The translations under genes were made by a program, and so were the position numbers. The notes under the pieces were generated by a model, which was given only the letters and a program-made list of their open reading frames with translations, was not told the DNA's origin and did not search any database. From a virus (lineage: Duplodnaviria > Heunggongvirae > Uroviricota > Caudoviricetes), in the IMG/VR virus record IMGVR_UViG_3300020049_016248: 64,000 nucleotides of DNA; one strand, given 5' to 3'. Below, one piece after another: positions 31,757 through 42,926 of this stretch (positions are counted from its first letter, which is position 1; each line of letters opens with the position of its first letter).

Positions 31757-32493
31757 ATCAAAACCATATAAAATCGGAGATATGTTAAATGGCAAGTTAA
31801 TTGTTGGGACGTGGTTCCAAGAATCTACTAAATTTACTAATTCAAGTTGTTTTCTTTTATTGAAATTTCTCGACCCTTCTGAAAAAAATTTGAATGTTGA
31901 TGGTAGGAATGGGTTTGTTTTAAGTGAATATGCAATTGAAAAGTGGAATGATTTAGAGAGTGTTACATATTATGTTGATTGGAATTTAGTACGTTACCAT
32001 GACAATGTTATCTGGACATCAGTATCAATGGACGTATTCCCTTTAATACAAATTGAGATAATAATCAAAGCAATAAATGATGAGTTGAATGAGTAAAGGT
32101 CAAACGTATAAGATAAATAGTTTATACAAAGGAGCTATTGTTTTAGGGGTTTACAAGCATTATACTAGAGATATCTTTTTTACAAAAGGAAGTCGTTTTA
32201 AGACTTCATCTTGGATTTTAGTTCTTGATAACGTTTTAGTAACTGAAACATTAACTGGTAGTATATTACTTGAGAGTGTTTGGGACACTTATAAAGCAGG
32301 TTCAAACCCTTTTCAAATTGTTGAATTTTTACCTGCAGAGGAATTGGAAATACTCCAACTGTCAGGTGATTCAAAAGTAACATGGTTACCGATAAAAGAA
32401 TATCAAGGTGAATCTGTTGGATTTATTCAAACAGACAATCTAATATTAGAAATTGATAATGAATTAAAAGAATGGGAACAAGAAGATTTGTAA
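31746..32493 (+). CDS. two tagged hypothetical proteins (31746-32096, 32089-32493)
   Basis: End IIKAINDELNE and LILEIDNELK. Confidence 0.65.
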
Positions 32494-33203
32494 TGGGGGA
32501 CATACATGGTGAAGCTGATAAATTAAAAGCTGCATTGAAAGCTGTAAACTTTGACTATGAAAACGATGAACTAATACAATTAGGGGATATTGTAGACAGA
32601 GGTTTACAGAGCTACGAATGTGTTGAAGAATTATTAAAAATAAAAAAACTAATCTCAATAAAGGGTAACCATGACGTTTGTTTTTATGATTCAATAAGAA
32701 CAGGTCGAGCTAATATTTTATTCAATCAAGGTGGTAAGCAAACTTTACAATCGTACATAAGAAATTGCGACCCAGATAAAGAAATTTCTATTAAACTCTC
32801 TGAGTATTCTACAGATTTTGATTATGACAATTACCCTATAACACATATTAATTTCTTTGCCAATCAAAAAAATTACTACCTTGATCAAGAAAATAACTTT
32901 TTTGTACACGGTGGTTTTGATCGTCATAAGTTAGTTGAAGAAGAATCTGACCCAGAAGTATTCTACTGGGATAGAGATTTATTCTTAGCAGCTAAGAGCT
33001 ATGCAAGTATGAAAAACAATAATTATCCTTTTAAAATGAAAAATAATTTCAAAGAGGTTTTTATTGGACATACTCCAACGACATACTTTGAAGAAACAAA
33101 ACCTATTAATGCTGCAAACATTTGGAATTTAGATACAGGTTGTGGTAAAGGAGGATTATTAACGATTATGAATGTAAAAACAAAAGAATATGTCCAAGTC
33201 TAG
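32472..33203 (+). CDS. Ser/Thr phosphatase-type metallophosphoesterase
   Basis: GDIHG, GDIVDRG, GNHD, VHGG, GHT, LDTG. Confidence 0.92.
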   Translation: MGTRRFVMGDIHGEADKLKAALKAVNFDYENDELIQLGDIVDRGLQSYECVEELLKIKKLISIKGNHDVCFYDSIRTGRANILFNQGGKQTLQSYIRNCDPDKEISIKLSEYSTDFDYDNYPITHINFFANQKNYYLDQENNFFVHGGFDRHKLVEEESDPEVFYWDRDLFLAAKSYASMKNNNYPFKMKNNFKEVFIGHTPTTYFEETKPINAANIWNLDTGCGKGGLLTIMNVKTKEYVQV

Positions 33204-36020
33204 AAGAGGGAGACCTAAAAAAGGTTTAGAATTAATTAAAACTGTTAATATAATAGGTTTAGAATTATTAGAAAAAGATTTTATAAAAGGGGAACATGTT
33301 TATTATATTCCTCCACATCTTATGAACACTGAATTGTACCTAACACATCCTCAAGTTGAATCAGGTATTGTAAGCTCAATGAACAAACAATATGTTTTTG
33401 TTCGTTTCTTTGAAGTAGATGGGGAAAAAGGTCTTGTAAGTTTACAGGAAACAGGAAAAGCATGTTCTAGGGATAATTTATTTCCAATGTCTATTAGAGA
33501 TATAATTCCATATTAACCAATGAAAACAAATAATAAATAAAATGGCAAAAAAACAATCGTCAACATCTCAGTTAGGACATAACTATGTCTACCATTATAA
33601 TGAATTTGAATGTAAATGGTATTGCATTCACAGAGATAGTTATATGAATTATTGGAATAAAAATTTTAAACATGATGACCGTCTTTGGACTTCAGGTCAA
33701 ACAGCAGAAGAAGCAGCTGAAAAAATGTTAAAACATCCAGTTAGAAAAAAGAAAGAAGCTTTATAATGATACTACACATATCTTTATTTATTGTAGCATG
33801 GATTTTATTGTTTCTTATCAACATACAAATGTATAAATTGTATCGTAGGAGAGAAAATTTCTTCTACCCAAGTGTACTGTTTTGTTTTCTTCATATTGTA
33901 GGAACTCTTTTACTTTTAATTCTTTTAATTGATACTTACAATGTATTTAGTAAAATTTTAAATTATTTTAAGAAATAAAAATGATTGAATGTATATTTGA
34001 AGAATTGAAAGTAGGAGATGAAGTAGTAGATTTAGAATCTAACACTGGGGTAGTAGATAGTATTGGTGATATTCATAATATTTTTGTCTTATACGGTGAA
34101 CAAGGTAACCTTGGAAGTGGTTTACATTGTTTAGATAAGAGCTGTAGTCATTATGACCCATTGTTTAAATTAAAACCACAATTAACATGACATTAGAAGA
34201 ATTGATTGCACAAGAACTTTACTCAGATGTAAAGTTAGAAGATGCATTAAAATATGTAGAAGCTGATAAGCAAAACGGTAAACACTTATATTCAATGAAT
34301 GAAGTAATTCGTTGTATGAAATCAGCTCTAAGTAATAAAATAAATTTACCTGTCGTGAAACATACGAGAGATTTTTCTTCTTTTCAAGAAGGAAAAATTT
34401 ATTCAACAGTAGGAGCTTGCCCAGAACCTTTTTTAATTAAAAAGATTGTTACTGTTGAAAGAAAAGGTGGGTCAAAAGAAATTGTAAAGTTTATTGGAGA
34501 GTATGTTAATAGACCTAATTTAGGTTTATGTCCGATAAACCCTGAATTGTTAAACTCTAAAGTGAAATAAAATGGATTTAAACCTTGACCCTAATAGTGA
34601 AATTATAATAGGATGTATTCCTATTGTTTTACAAGACTTTCCACCTGCTGATTATAAAAACCCTTTTATAGGGAAATGTGAAAATTGTGATAAAGACATT
34701 TGGATGAGTGAAAAGAAAAAACAAGTTAAATTAGATCATCCGAAAGCAAAGTGTTTATGCATGTTTTGTTGTGCTAAAGTAGTAGCAACTGCAGATAAAA
34801 ATGAATTTACAGTTCGTAATATAGGTGAAGGTAAGAGTCCTTCTACCCCTGGTGAAGATTTAGAAATGTAAAAAAAAATAAAATGAGAACTCCAAAACCA
34901 AAAAGCAAATTAGTAAATAAAATAGGTAAATTTACCCCAAAATTAGTTCCAGAACCGAAATCAGAACCAGGGTTACTTTGGGTTGATGAAAAAGCACAAG
35001 AAGAAGATGAAGATCAACCTTTTAATACATTATCATCACTTGGAAGAGGAGCGACAGATACATTTGTTACAGAGAATTTAATTGTTAAAGGTAACATGAC
35101 TCCTACATTACCACCACAAGTTTATTATACAAATTTAAGGGTACAGATAGAAAACTATCATGGAACAGGGTTGTATTACCCACCATTATCCTTAAATCTC
35201 GGTGAAGTTGTTGTCAGTCAATCTACCTGCTCATCTTATGACAGTTATGGTTCACTCACAACTGTAACAACTTTAACAATCGGGACACCTTGCTTAATTC
35301 ATGATTTTGCATTAGAGAATGAAATAAAAAGACACACTCACACACGTGATGCTTTACTCCAAGAGCAAGAATATGTAATTAAAAAATTAAAAGCAGAGAT
35401 ATCAACTACGCAAGATCTTTTAAGTTTAGCTAAAACAGTTCTAAAAGATCATAACTTAGAAGATCAATTGTTGATTGCTGAATTCACTAAGGGTGTAACT
35501 GATGAGTTGAATACATAAAGAAAATATTTTAATTTTAGCTCCTATGAAATATAATGTTAAAGCAACTTTAAAGAAAGTTAAAACCCTTAAAGGTAATCCG
35601 GTAAAACGAACAATCGTAAAGAAAAATAGTTTTAATGCAAATCTTTTTTTACAAAATTGTAATAAGCGTAGGAAATTAAAAAAAGGAACTGCAAAAACTT
35701 TAAAAGATTTAGTTACATTAATGAATTTTGAATTACAATCATAAATGAAAAAAAAGAAAACAACTACACCATCGGGATGGCAGACAGTTTATGACGAAAG
35801 TCTTTTGAAAGGTTTAGAAGCTTTATTGTTACCTCTAGGTGCTGAAATGTTAGCCTCACCGCCTGAGTATCATGATGTTGCTGTTGACTTTCTTGAAGAC
35901 TTCAAAGTTCATTACTGTGAAACTTTAGATGCTAAAGGTCATAAGAAACCACGTAAGCAAAGTTATAAACAAGCTTTAAAACAAACCGTTAAAAGTATAA
36001 ATGATGAGTTGAATGCTTGA
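33190..36020 (+). CDS. run of small hypothetical ORFs (33190, 33542, 33766 membrane, 33981, 34187, 34572 Cys-rich, 34883, 35544, 35745)
   Basis: ORF track; the last three end in tag variants. Confidence 0.6.
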
Positions 36021-36071
36021 GATTATCTAAATTAATTACTAATTTTAAAGAAAACAATAAATTTTAACACA

Positions 36072-36251
36072 ATGGAATCATTTAATGAATTAAAAACACT
36101 AGTAGAATCTTTACAAGCAGACGTTGAAAAGTTTTCTAGTGGAAACAATGCAGCAGGTACTCGTGTGAGAACAGGTTTACAATCTGTAAAAAAATTAGCT
36201 CAACAAATTCGTTTAGAAGTACAAGATGCTAAAAAAGCTAAAAAAGCTTAA
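36072..36251 (+). CDS. Hc1/histone-H1-like small protein (Bacteroidota type), not in the ORF track
   Basis: MESFNELKTLVESLQADVEKFSSGNNAAGTRVRTGLQSVKKLAQQIRLEVQDAKKAKKA. Confidence 0.8.
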   Translation: MESFNELKTLVESLQADVEKFSSGNNAAGTRVRTGLQSVKKLAQQIRLEVQDAKKAKKA

Positions 36252-36258
36252 TAATGGT

Positions 36259-36298
36259 TAAGAGCTGGATAATGTCCAGCTCTTAATTTTATTTTTTT
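36259..36298 (+). terminator. terminator-like hairpin upstream of the sigma-70 gene
   Basis: taagagctgga-taatg-tccagctctta followed by a T-rich tract. Confidence 0.7.
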
Positions 36299-36320
36299 CT
36301 CATAACCTAACCTCTTTTCT

Positions 36321-37175
36321 ATGAAACAGATTTATTCTAAATCAGATACGGTAATAAGCCGTGATATTAATATTGAACGCTACTTACGAGACATACGTCA
36401 CTTTCAACCCTTAACAAGAGTAGAAGAAAAAGAATTGTTAGAAAAAGCACAAAACGGAGACAAAGTAGCTGAACATAGATTAGTTCAAGCAAATTTAAAA
36501 TTCGTAGTAAATTGTGCAAAGGAATATCAAACACCAGGTATTGAAATAGTTGACCTTATTATGGTTGGTAATATAGGTTTAATTGACGCTGTAAAAAAAT
36601 ATGATTATAAAATAAACGATGTAAAGTTTATTTCATACGCTGTATGGTGGATCAAAAATGCAATTATTGAATATCTTCGTACTTACAATAAACCTATCAG
36701 ATTACCTTACAATCAACAAAACGAAGTAAAACGTTTTCACAAAGAAAAGCAAAGATTAGAACAACAATATGAAGCTAATTTAAACATTGAACAGGTTTGT
36801 GATTTAATACAAGATGATAGTTTGTTAAATTTACAACAAGCATTGATTGTAAGTTCATCCCCAGCCTTTTTAAGTGACCCTTTGAATGATGAAGATTCTT
36901 CAACTGTTGAAGATCTTTTAACAAACGAACAGGAAGATGTTACAAAGCTTTATGATTTAAGTCATCGTTCTAAAGTAATACAAAACTCTTTAAAAACATT
37001 ACCTACTTTACAACAACAAGTTTTAGTTTTATCTTTCGGATTAGAAGATGATATCCCGAGAACAAACGAAGATATAGCTCATATGTTAGGGTTAACAGCA
37101 GAAAGAATTAGACAAGTAAGAGGTCAAGCTCTCGTTCAATTGAAGAAAAGTCAAGAGTTGAAAGAAACATTATAA
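36321..37175 (+). CDS. sigma-70 family RNA polymerase sigma factor (RpoD/SigA-like)
   Basis: LVQANLKFVV, DLI..GNIGLI.A, KFISYAVWWI, IRLP, LTAERIRQV. Confidence 0.95.
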   Translation: MKQIYSKSDTVISRDINIERYLRDIRHFQPLTRVEEKELLEKAQNGDKVAEHRLVQANLKFVVNCAKEYQTPGIEIVDLIMVGNIGLIDAVKKYDYKINDVKFISYAVWWIKNAIIEYLRTYNKPIRLPYNQQNEVKRFHKEKQRLEQQYEANLNIEQVCDLIQDDSLLNLQQALIVSSSPAFLSDPLNDEDSSTVEDLLTNEQEDVTKLYDLSHRSKVIQNSLKTLPTLQQQVLVLSFGLEDDIPRTNEDIAHMLGLTAERIRQVRGQALVQLKKSQELKETL

Positions 37176-37199
37176 CATTTTAAACAATTTAATAAAATT

Positions 37200-37228
37200 A
37201 AAACCTTCTCAAAAAAAGAAGGTTTTTC
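37200..37228 (+). terminator. intrinsic terminator
   Basis: aaaaccttct-caaaaaa-agaaggttttt. Confidence 0.75.
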
Positions 37229-37306
37229 TTTGTAAACAACCTTCTCTATATTTTCCTTTTTCATATTGAAAAAGTTTATATTTTTATACAAACAAATAAA
37301 CAAACT

Positions 37307-38152
37307 ATGAGCTTACATTTGCAAGACAAATTAAAAAAAGACACTGCTTCAGCAGAGAAGTATTTAAAATTTCTAATGGCAACTTATGTTACCTTATCTA
37401 GTGGTTACACTACATTTAGGATAGGGTTTATGTTAAAGCAGCATAAGATTGACAAGTATACTTTTTCTGCTTTAATTTCTTTAGGTTGGGTTTCTAAAAT
37501 ATCTACAGAAGCAGGGGTGAAGTATTTTTGGAGAGGTCCTATTCCAACATTAGATAATGTAGACGAAGTAAAGAAAGCAATTTCAAAATGTAAAAACAAA
37601 ACTCCTATAAAAATAGCTTCACCTATATCCTCATCTGGTAAAGCTTTAATTCCAATTGTGAAACCAAAAATGAGCTCTAGAAAAAAATCAACACCTTCTT
37701 TACAGAGATATTTTGATTTCTTAACAGAGTTAAAATTAAGTACTTTAACTTTTTCTAAAATCGATGCCCCGGGGTTAGTTATGGTGCATCAAATAGCAAA
37801 AGGTGCATTCTACTCAGCAGTAAACTTAGGTATTGTTTTGAAGGAAAAAAGTAAAAACAGTAAAACTGTTTTATTCAAATGGAACAGTGGAGAAGTTACT
37901 TTCGAGTTAGCTCAAAAAGTATTATCCCATGCTTCTTTACAGGTTAAAAAAAGTACCTTATCAAAAAAACAAGATAATAAAACAGTTCATACTGAACCTA
38001 TAGCAAGTATACCTGTTGTTCAAACAATTACCGGAGAAGTAAAATTACCTATTGAAAACAAAAATCTAAATAAAGATTTTGCAATGAAACTTTTCAAATT
38101 AGGTTATGTTGAGGAAGCTAATCAAGTTTTAGACACTTTAATTTCAAAGTAA
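37307..38152 (+). CDS. basic protein with two similar domains (possible tandem wHTH)
   Basis: KYLKFL..HKIDKYTFSALISLG..YFWRG vs RYFDFL..HQIAKGAFYSAVNLG..FKWNS. Confidence 0.5.
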   Translation: MSLHLQDKLKKDTASAEKYLKFLMATYVTLSSGYTTFRIGFMLKQHKIDKYTFSALISLGWVSKISTEAGVKYFWRGPIPTLDNVDEVKKAISKCKNKTPIKIASPISSSGKALIPIVKPKMSSRKKSTPSLQRYFDFLTELKLSTLTFSKIDAPGLVMVHQIAKGAFYSAVNLGIVLKEKSKNSKTVLFKWNSGEVTFELAQKVLSHASLQVKKSTLSKKQDNKTVHTEPIASIPVVQTITGEVKLPIENKNLNKDFAMKLFKLGYVEEANQVLDTLISK

Positions 38153-38538
38153 TGACATTATTATGGATACTTTTAACTTATATACTACTAGGGGTATTAA
38201 GTTCATTGTTTTTGTTTTTTCAAATAGTTTACATAACTAAAAGAAAACCAAAAGCTATTTTTAAACAGTTGTTGATAGACCCAGAGTTTAAAGCTGTTAC
38301 AGTTACATTAATTGCTATATGGATAGCTATTATAGGTTTATTTTTCGTTAAGAGAGATGACCTTGATGGTAAAACATCTTTCTCTCAATGGCGTGAATCT
38401 TTAAAAGAGCGTAATAAAGAACGTAATAAAGCAATGAATAGATTGGAAAAAATTAAAGCTGTAAGAAAGTATAGGGAAGATAATCCAACTTCTATTGAAG
38501 ATATAATAGAAAATTTAAACAGAGAAATAGCAAAGTAG
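38152..38538 (+). CDS. 2-TM membrane protein with tag variant
   Basis: Hydrophobic helices; ends IEDIIENLNREIAK. Confidence 0.6.
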   Translation: MTLLWILLTYILLGVLSSLFLFFQIVYITKRKPKAIFKQLLIDPEFKAVTVTLIAIWIAIIGLFFVKRDDLDGKTSFSQWRESLKERNKERNKAMNRLEKIKAVRKYREDNPTSIEDIIENLNREIAK

Positions 38539-38660
38539 TAAATAAATTTTGAACATTTTTAACGAAACTAAAATTTAAAAACAATGTTAAAAGTAGTAGG
38601 AGTAATAGTTTTTGCAATAATTATTTATGCAATATTAAAACGTAACAATTTTATTGATTA

Positions 38661-39377
38661 ATGATAAAAATTTATAAAGATAAAATCATTGCAACGGTTT
38701 ATAATTCTAAAACAAGTTCTTGGGAAGAAATAAATATTATTGAACAAGATGAGTCTTTATTGAATTACTTTAAAGATGAAGTTCAAATTGACAAAGGTGT
38801 AACTGTTTTAGATTTGATGAAAATCTTACAAAGAGAAAGTCATGTAATAGATACAATATTTTTCTCTTGGAACGGAGGTATACCTGTTCAAGTTTTTTTA
38901 GATTGGATTAAAGAACACCCTGGTGAAGAAAATAAATCTTTTAAAAAAATTGTGTTCAGTCAAGCTATAGATTTTAACCAAGAAGAGTTTGAATTAATTA
39001 AAGACGTTTCAGTAAGTGATCATGCAAATGTTTCTCATGGTTTAGATTTCTCACAAATCTCTGAATGGTATCATTTACCAATTGAAATAAATAACCGCTT
39101 AATTCCTGGTGTGAGTAAAACTCTTAAACTTTCTTTGTTTGATTTCATAGCAATGTTTTTAGACGAATTAACTTTCCATGGTAAACCAGAAAATCAAATC
39201 TCTAATATAAAGGAAATAGTTCAAACTCTTGAAGAGTTCAAAGAAGTTTCATTAGAACCGATTACATTAACTATAGACCAACTACAAGATAAATTAAACC
39301 AAGCTTTGCAACAAGAAGATTATGAGGCTGCTTCACTTTTAAGAGATGAAATTAGAAAAAAACAAATCAAAAAATAA
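38661..39377 (+). CDS. protein with C-terminal UVR (UvrB/C) motif
   Basis: LQDKLNQALQQEDYEAASLLRDEI. Confidence 0.7.
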   Translation: MIKIYKDKIIATVYNSKTSSWEEINIIEQDESLLNYFKDEVQIDKGVTVLDLMKILQRESHVIDTIFFSWNGGIPVQVFLDWIKEHPGEENKSFKKIVFSQAIDFNQEEFELIKDVSVSDHANVSHGLDFSQISEWYHLPIEINNRLIPGVSKTLKLSLFDFIAMFLDELTFHGKPENQISNIKEIVQTLEEFKEVSLEPITLTIDQLQDKLNQALQQEDYEAASLLRDEIRKKQIKK

Positions 39378-40274
39378 AAAAGAATACCAAGTTCTTTTAA
39401 CACACACAATTCAAAGTATTCAGTTTGAGTTACTATCAATTTACCAAATAAATCAAAAGGTAAAGATACCTTATACTTTTTATAGTGGTCCTTCTATATT
39501 AGAAGGAAAGATAGTAGGTGCTTCTTTAAATAAATCTTCAAAAAGAATTAGTTCTTACTGGGTTGAGTTGAAAGGGAATACAATGAACACTGTAGCAATA
39601 CCAGGTGTAGAAAGAGGTTTGAAGAACCCTGTTTATATTGAACCTAGTTTTTGGTCACCATATATAGAAAGGTATAAAAAAACATTAAGTGGTAATACTC
39701 TTGTTAGAATGAAAACTAAAGCATTAGATAAACTTATTAAGTAAATTTTTTATGAGTGACAGTGATGTAATAGAAGAGAAACTTTTATTCCCAGTTGGAA
39801 CACATGTTGTTTGTAAAGCCGGAACTTATAAAGATAAACTCGACTCTGAAAAAGGTGGAGCTGGTTTTCAACCAGGTAAACAATTTGTAGTACACAGAGT
39901 AACTACGAGCCCTACTGGTCATTATATTTTATGGCCAGAGGGAGGTCATGGTGTATATCAATATGCTGTTGAACTTGATGGTTTAGGGGGTGTTATAGAC
40001 ATTATTAATAAAGAATTAAATGGAAACATTTAAAGTTGGTGATGTAGTAAAACGCGTTAAACATGATTTTCATTACACTAAACGTTGGTGTCATTATATA
40101 GTTGTATGTAAGGTTGAAAACTTAGGTTCAACAGAGTTACTGTTGAAAGATTTACATTCTCATTTACCAATCCCAGGGTCTTACGATCCGGATAGTTTTA
40201 TACTTGTTTCTTCAGGGGAGAAGGAACAAATTTCTATTATTATAGAAAAAATTAATGATGAATTAAATGGATAG
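39346..40274 (+). CDS. three hypothetical ORFs (39346, 39752 tagged, 40020 tagged)
   Basis: ORF track. Confidence 0.6.
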
Positions 40275-40500
40275 GTTTGAAAGATTAGTATCAACGGATT
40301 ATGGTGATTTGAAAGCACGAGGTTTTTTTATAAAAACTAAAAACAAAGAAGGTTATATGATGTATTTTGTAGAAATACCAGGGGCAGTTGCAGAGGGTAA
40401 AACAGAAGAAGAAACTGAATATAATCTCAAAGCTGCTTTAGAAGCTAATTTAGATTTTATTCTTGATGAACTTTTAAATAAAATAAATGATGACAATTAA
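40267..40500 (+). CDS. HicB-like domain protein (orphan)
   Basis: EGYMMYFVEIPGAVAEGKTEEETEYNLKAAL. Confidence 0.7.
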   Translation: MDRFERLVSTDYGDLKARGFFIKTKNKEGYMMYFVEIPGAVAEGKTEEETEYNLKAALEANLDFILDELLNKINDDN

Positions 40501-40762
40501 TACTTTTATTTTATTGTATCTTACAATAGTGATAGTAAGTTCTTTAGCAGTGTTACCAATTTATATTATTCTACAAAAAGAACTGATAGAATTTAGTGAA
40601 TATACGTTGTATCGTTATATTTTATTAATTTTTACAGTTGGGTTTATTGGATTTCCTTTTTATTTAATAGCTGCAATCTTTACTTATATAATTTGCATAA
40701 TTCTTTTCTTTAAAGAAGGTAAAACTTTTAATCAAGTAATTAAAGAAATTTACGAGAATTAA
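40487..40762 (+). CDS. small membrane protein
   Basis: Highly hydrophobic. Confidence 0.55.
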   Translation: MMTINTFILLYLTIVIVSSLAVLPIYIILQKELIEFSEYTLYRYILLIFTVGFIGFPFYLIAAIFTYIICIILFFKEGKTFNQVIKEIYEN

Positions 40763-40939
40763 TTAAAATTTTCTTACTTTTAAAATAACAAAATGTCAAA
40801 AAAAATATAATGATAAGAAAAAAAGTATTTTCAACAACAAATAGTAGTGTCGTAAGTGTTTATTTTTGCGGACTTTTAATTTACCGCAAAACTGTAGCAG
40901 GTTAATCGTTTAAAACTATCTACGAAATCTATGCTATTG

Positions 40940-41557
40940 TTAAGCAGTAGCTGTATCAATATCTTCTTCAGTTATCAAAGTATAAGTAAAAGAGTTTCCG
41001 TAAAGCTTTTTAGCTTCTTTACATAAAAGCATAAATTCTTGAAAATCACTCCATTTTTGAAATACTTGACAACCCGCACTCCAACGGTTTACAAGTAAGC
41101 TCACTGCAGTTGGGGAAGTGGAGTGAATATTGATCCCATACATACCTTCTGTAATTGTTTTAGAATCATAATCTAAAACTTGATTTTTATTTTTATCTCT
41201 ATAAGTTTTTACTGGACTTTTTTGACATAAAGCTTCGTATTTTCCTTGATGTAAACCTATTTGCCAGCAGCTTTTATATTGACCTGGAACTAAAATTGCA
41301 GTACCATTAGGGTTTAATAAGTTTAATAACCAATGTAACCCAGGTTCTGTAGTTGCAGAATAAGTTTTAAACCTTTGAACACCTGTTACATCTTTGTATG
41401 TAACAGTAATATAGTCATCATACTTGTTAGGAACGTTGTTTTTCTTTCTTACTCCTACAATCATTAAATTATAGTTTCCTGTTTCATAATAAGTATACCC
41501 TTTGTTAAGAATAGTTTTCTTAATATTTTCTGCTGTAAGTTTCTTTAAAAAATCCAT
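40940..41557 (-). CDS. putative cell-wall hydrolase/endolysin (His/Cys transpeptidase-like motif)
   Basis: TTEPG, AILVPGQY, GINIH..WSAGCQV; own TATTTA at 41579-41584 (minus). Confidence 0.55.
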   Translation of the reverse strand: MDFLKKLTAENIKKTILNKGYTYYETGNYNLMIVGVRKKNNVPNKYDDYITVTYKDVTGVQRFKTYSATTEPGLHWLLNLLNPNGTAILVPGQYKSCWQIGLHQGKYEALCQKSPVKTYRDKNKNQVLDYDSKTITEGMYGINIHSTSPTAVSLLVNRWSAGCQVFQKWSDFQEFMLLCKEAKKLYGNSFTYTLITEEDIDTATA

Positions 41558-41642
41558 TAAAAGTTTATTAGTTTATAGTAAATAGTTACTTTTTTCATTG
41601 TTTTCAGTAATATCTTTTTTATTTTTAGTGAAAATAAAAACT

Positions 41643-42471
41643 ATGGCTTACTTTACCTTAACCTCATCAGAACATAGAAGATTTCAGTATCTTGTTAATC
41701 TAAGTGCATTTAGTATAGGTGATGTAGTTAAAACTTGTCATGCAGGGAATGATAGTAGTTTTCCAACATACCCTATCCCTGGTTCATCATCACATGCAAT
41801 GAATAGAAGTAATCATTTAATTTCCCAGGGTGGTGAAATTGCAACAATTGTTGACATTTACTTAAACGATTCAGATCAATTGTCTTTTAAACTTCAATTA
41901 GAAAACAATTCTTTAGATTATTTTGTAGTTCGAGAAAAGTATTGTTATTTAGTCGCTAAAGGTGAAGGTGTACATGCAATCATTTATCACATTAACAAAG
42001 AATTAAATGATAAAATTTAAAGATCCGAGAAAGTTGACAAGTGAACAGGAAGAACAATTTATTCAATTTGTTAAAAAGAGTCGTATTAAAGTTGGTGATA
42101 TAGTTGCATTGCATAAAAACAAAGTAATGCATACAACAGAGACAAATAAAGTGAAAGGAGATTATGTGTATGGACAGGTTGTATGTTTAGATTTAGATGA
42201 AGAGTGTAGTGTTTTAGTAGAAATAAATTTCTCTCAATGGGAAATTCCAGAAGCTAAAATTTATGGTATTTCTCGCAACGATATTGGTTTATACTTCAAC
42301 GAAGAAGCTTGTGATAAGATTATAAGTACAGTTGGTGATAGTATAAAAGGAAATTTATTTTGGTTTCATCATGACAGTTGGGATTTTGTTGAATTAATAC
42401 TCGTTGCACCTTTTATATTTACTAACTTAGAAGATACTGTTAACTATATAAATTATGAATTATGGAATTGA
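41643..42471 (+). CDS. two tagged SH3-like hypothetical proteins (about 41643-42020, 42007-42471)
   Basis: F/I.(I/V)GD.V motifs; end HINKELN and YINYELWN. Confidence 0.65.
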
Positions 42472-42914
42472 TAACAACATACATTTGCAAAACATCTGAC
42501 GTTGGAGTACACTCTAATATGTTTGGTGGAACAATCTTAGGTTTGATAGATCAAAGTTCTGGTGCGTATGCATCACAAATTTGTGATACACCTAAAATGG
42601 TAACTATAAAAATTGACGAATTGGTTTTCAAAAACCCTGTAAAGCAAGGAAATATTATTAAAATATATGCTAAAGTGATGGAGTTTGGGAACTCTTCTGT
42701 TACTTTATATGTTGAGGTGAGAAAGCATAATGTTTATACTGGTGAACAAGAAGTAGTTGTTCATACAAATATTAAATTTGTAAGAATAGATGAAGAAGGT
42801 CATCCTATTCCTATTTCTGAAAGAGTAAAGAAAAGATATACAGAAAGATTGAATAAATACGGGAAAGGTTTATTGAGTCAAGAAGAAAGAGAAATTGAAA
42901 AGTCAAGTAAATAA
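42462..42914 (+). CDS. hotdog-fold acyl-CoA thioesterase (YciA-like)
   Basis: SNMFGGTILGLID, VTIKIDELVFKNPV, GNSSV, FVRIDEEGHP. Confidence 0.9.
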   Translation: MELITTYICKTSDVGVHSNMFGGTILGLIDQSSGAYASQICDTPKMVTIKIDELVFKNPVKQGNIIKIYAKVMEFGNSSVTLYVEVRKHNVYTGEQEVVVHTNIKFVRIDEEGHPIPISERVKKRYTERLNKYGKGLLSQEEREIEKSSK

Positions 42915-42926
42915 AAAAACAAATAT

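Noticed and set aside
40810-40905. Third leader/attenuator (31-aa ORF with internal hairpin)
   Set aside because: No downstream terminator/antiterminator pair and no co-oriented regulated gene.
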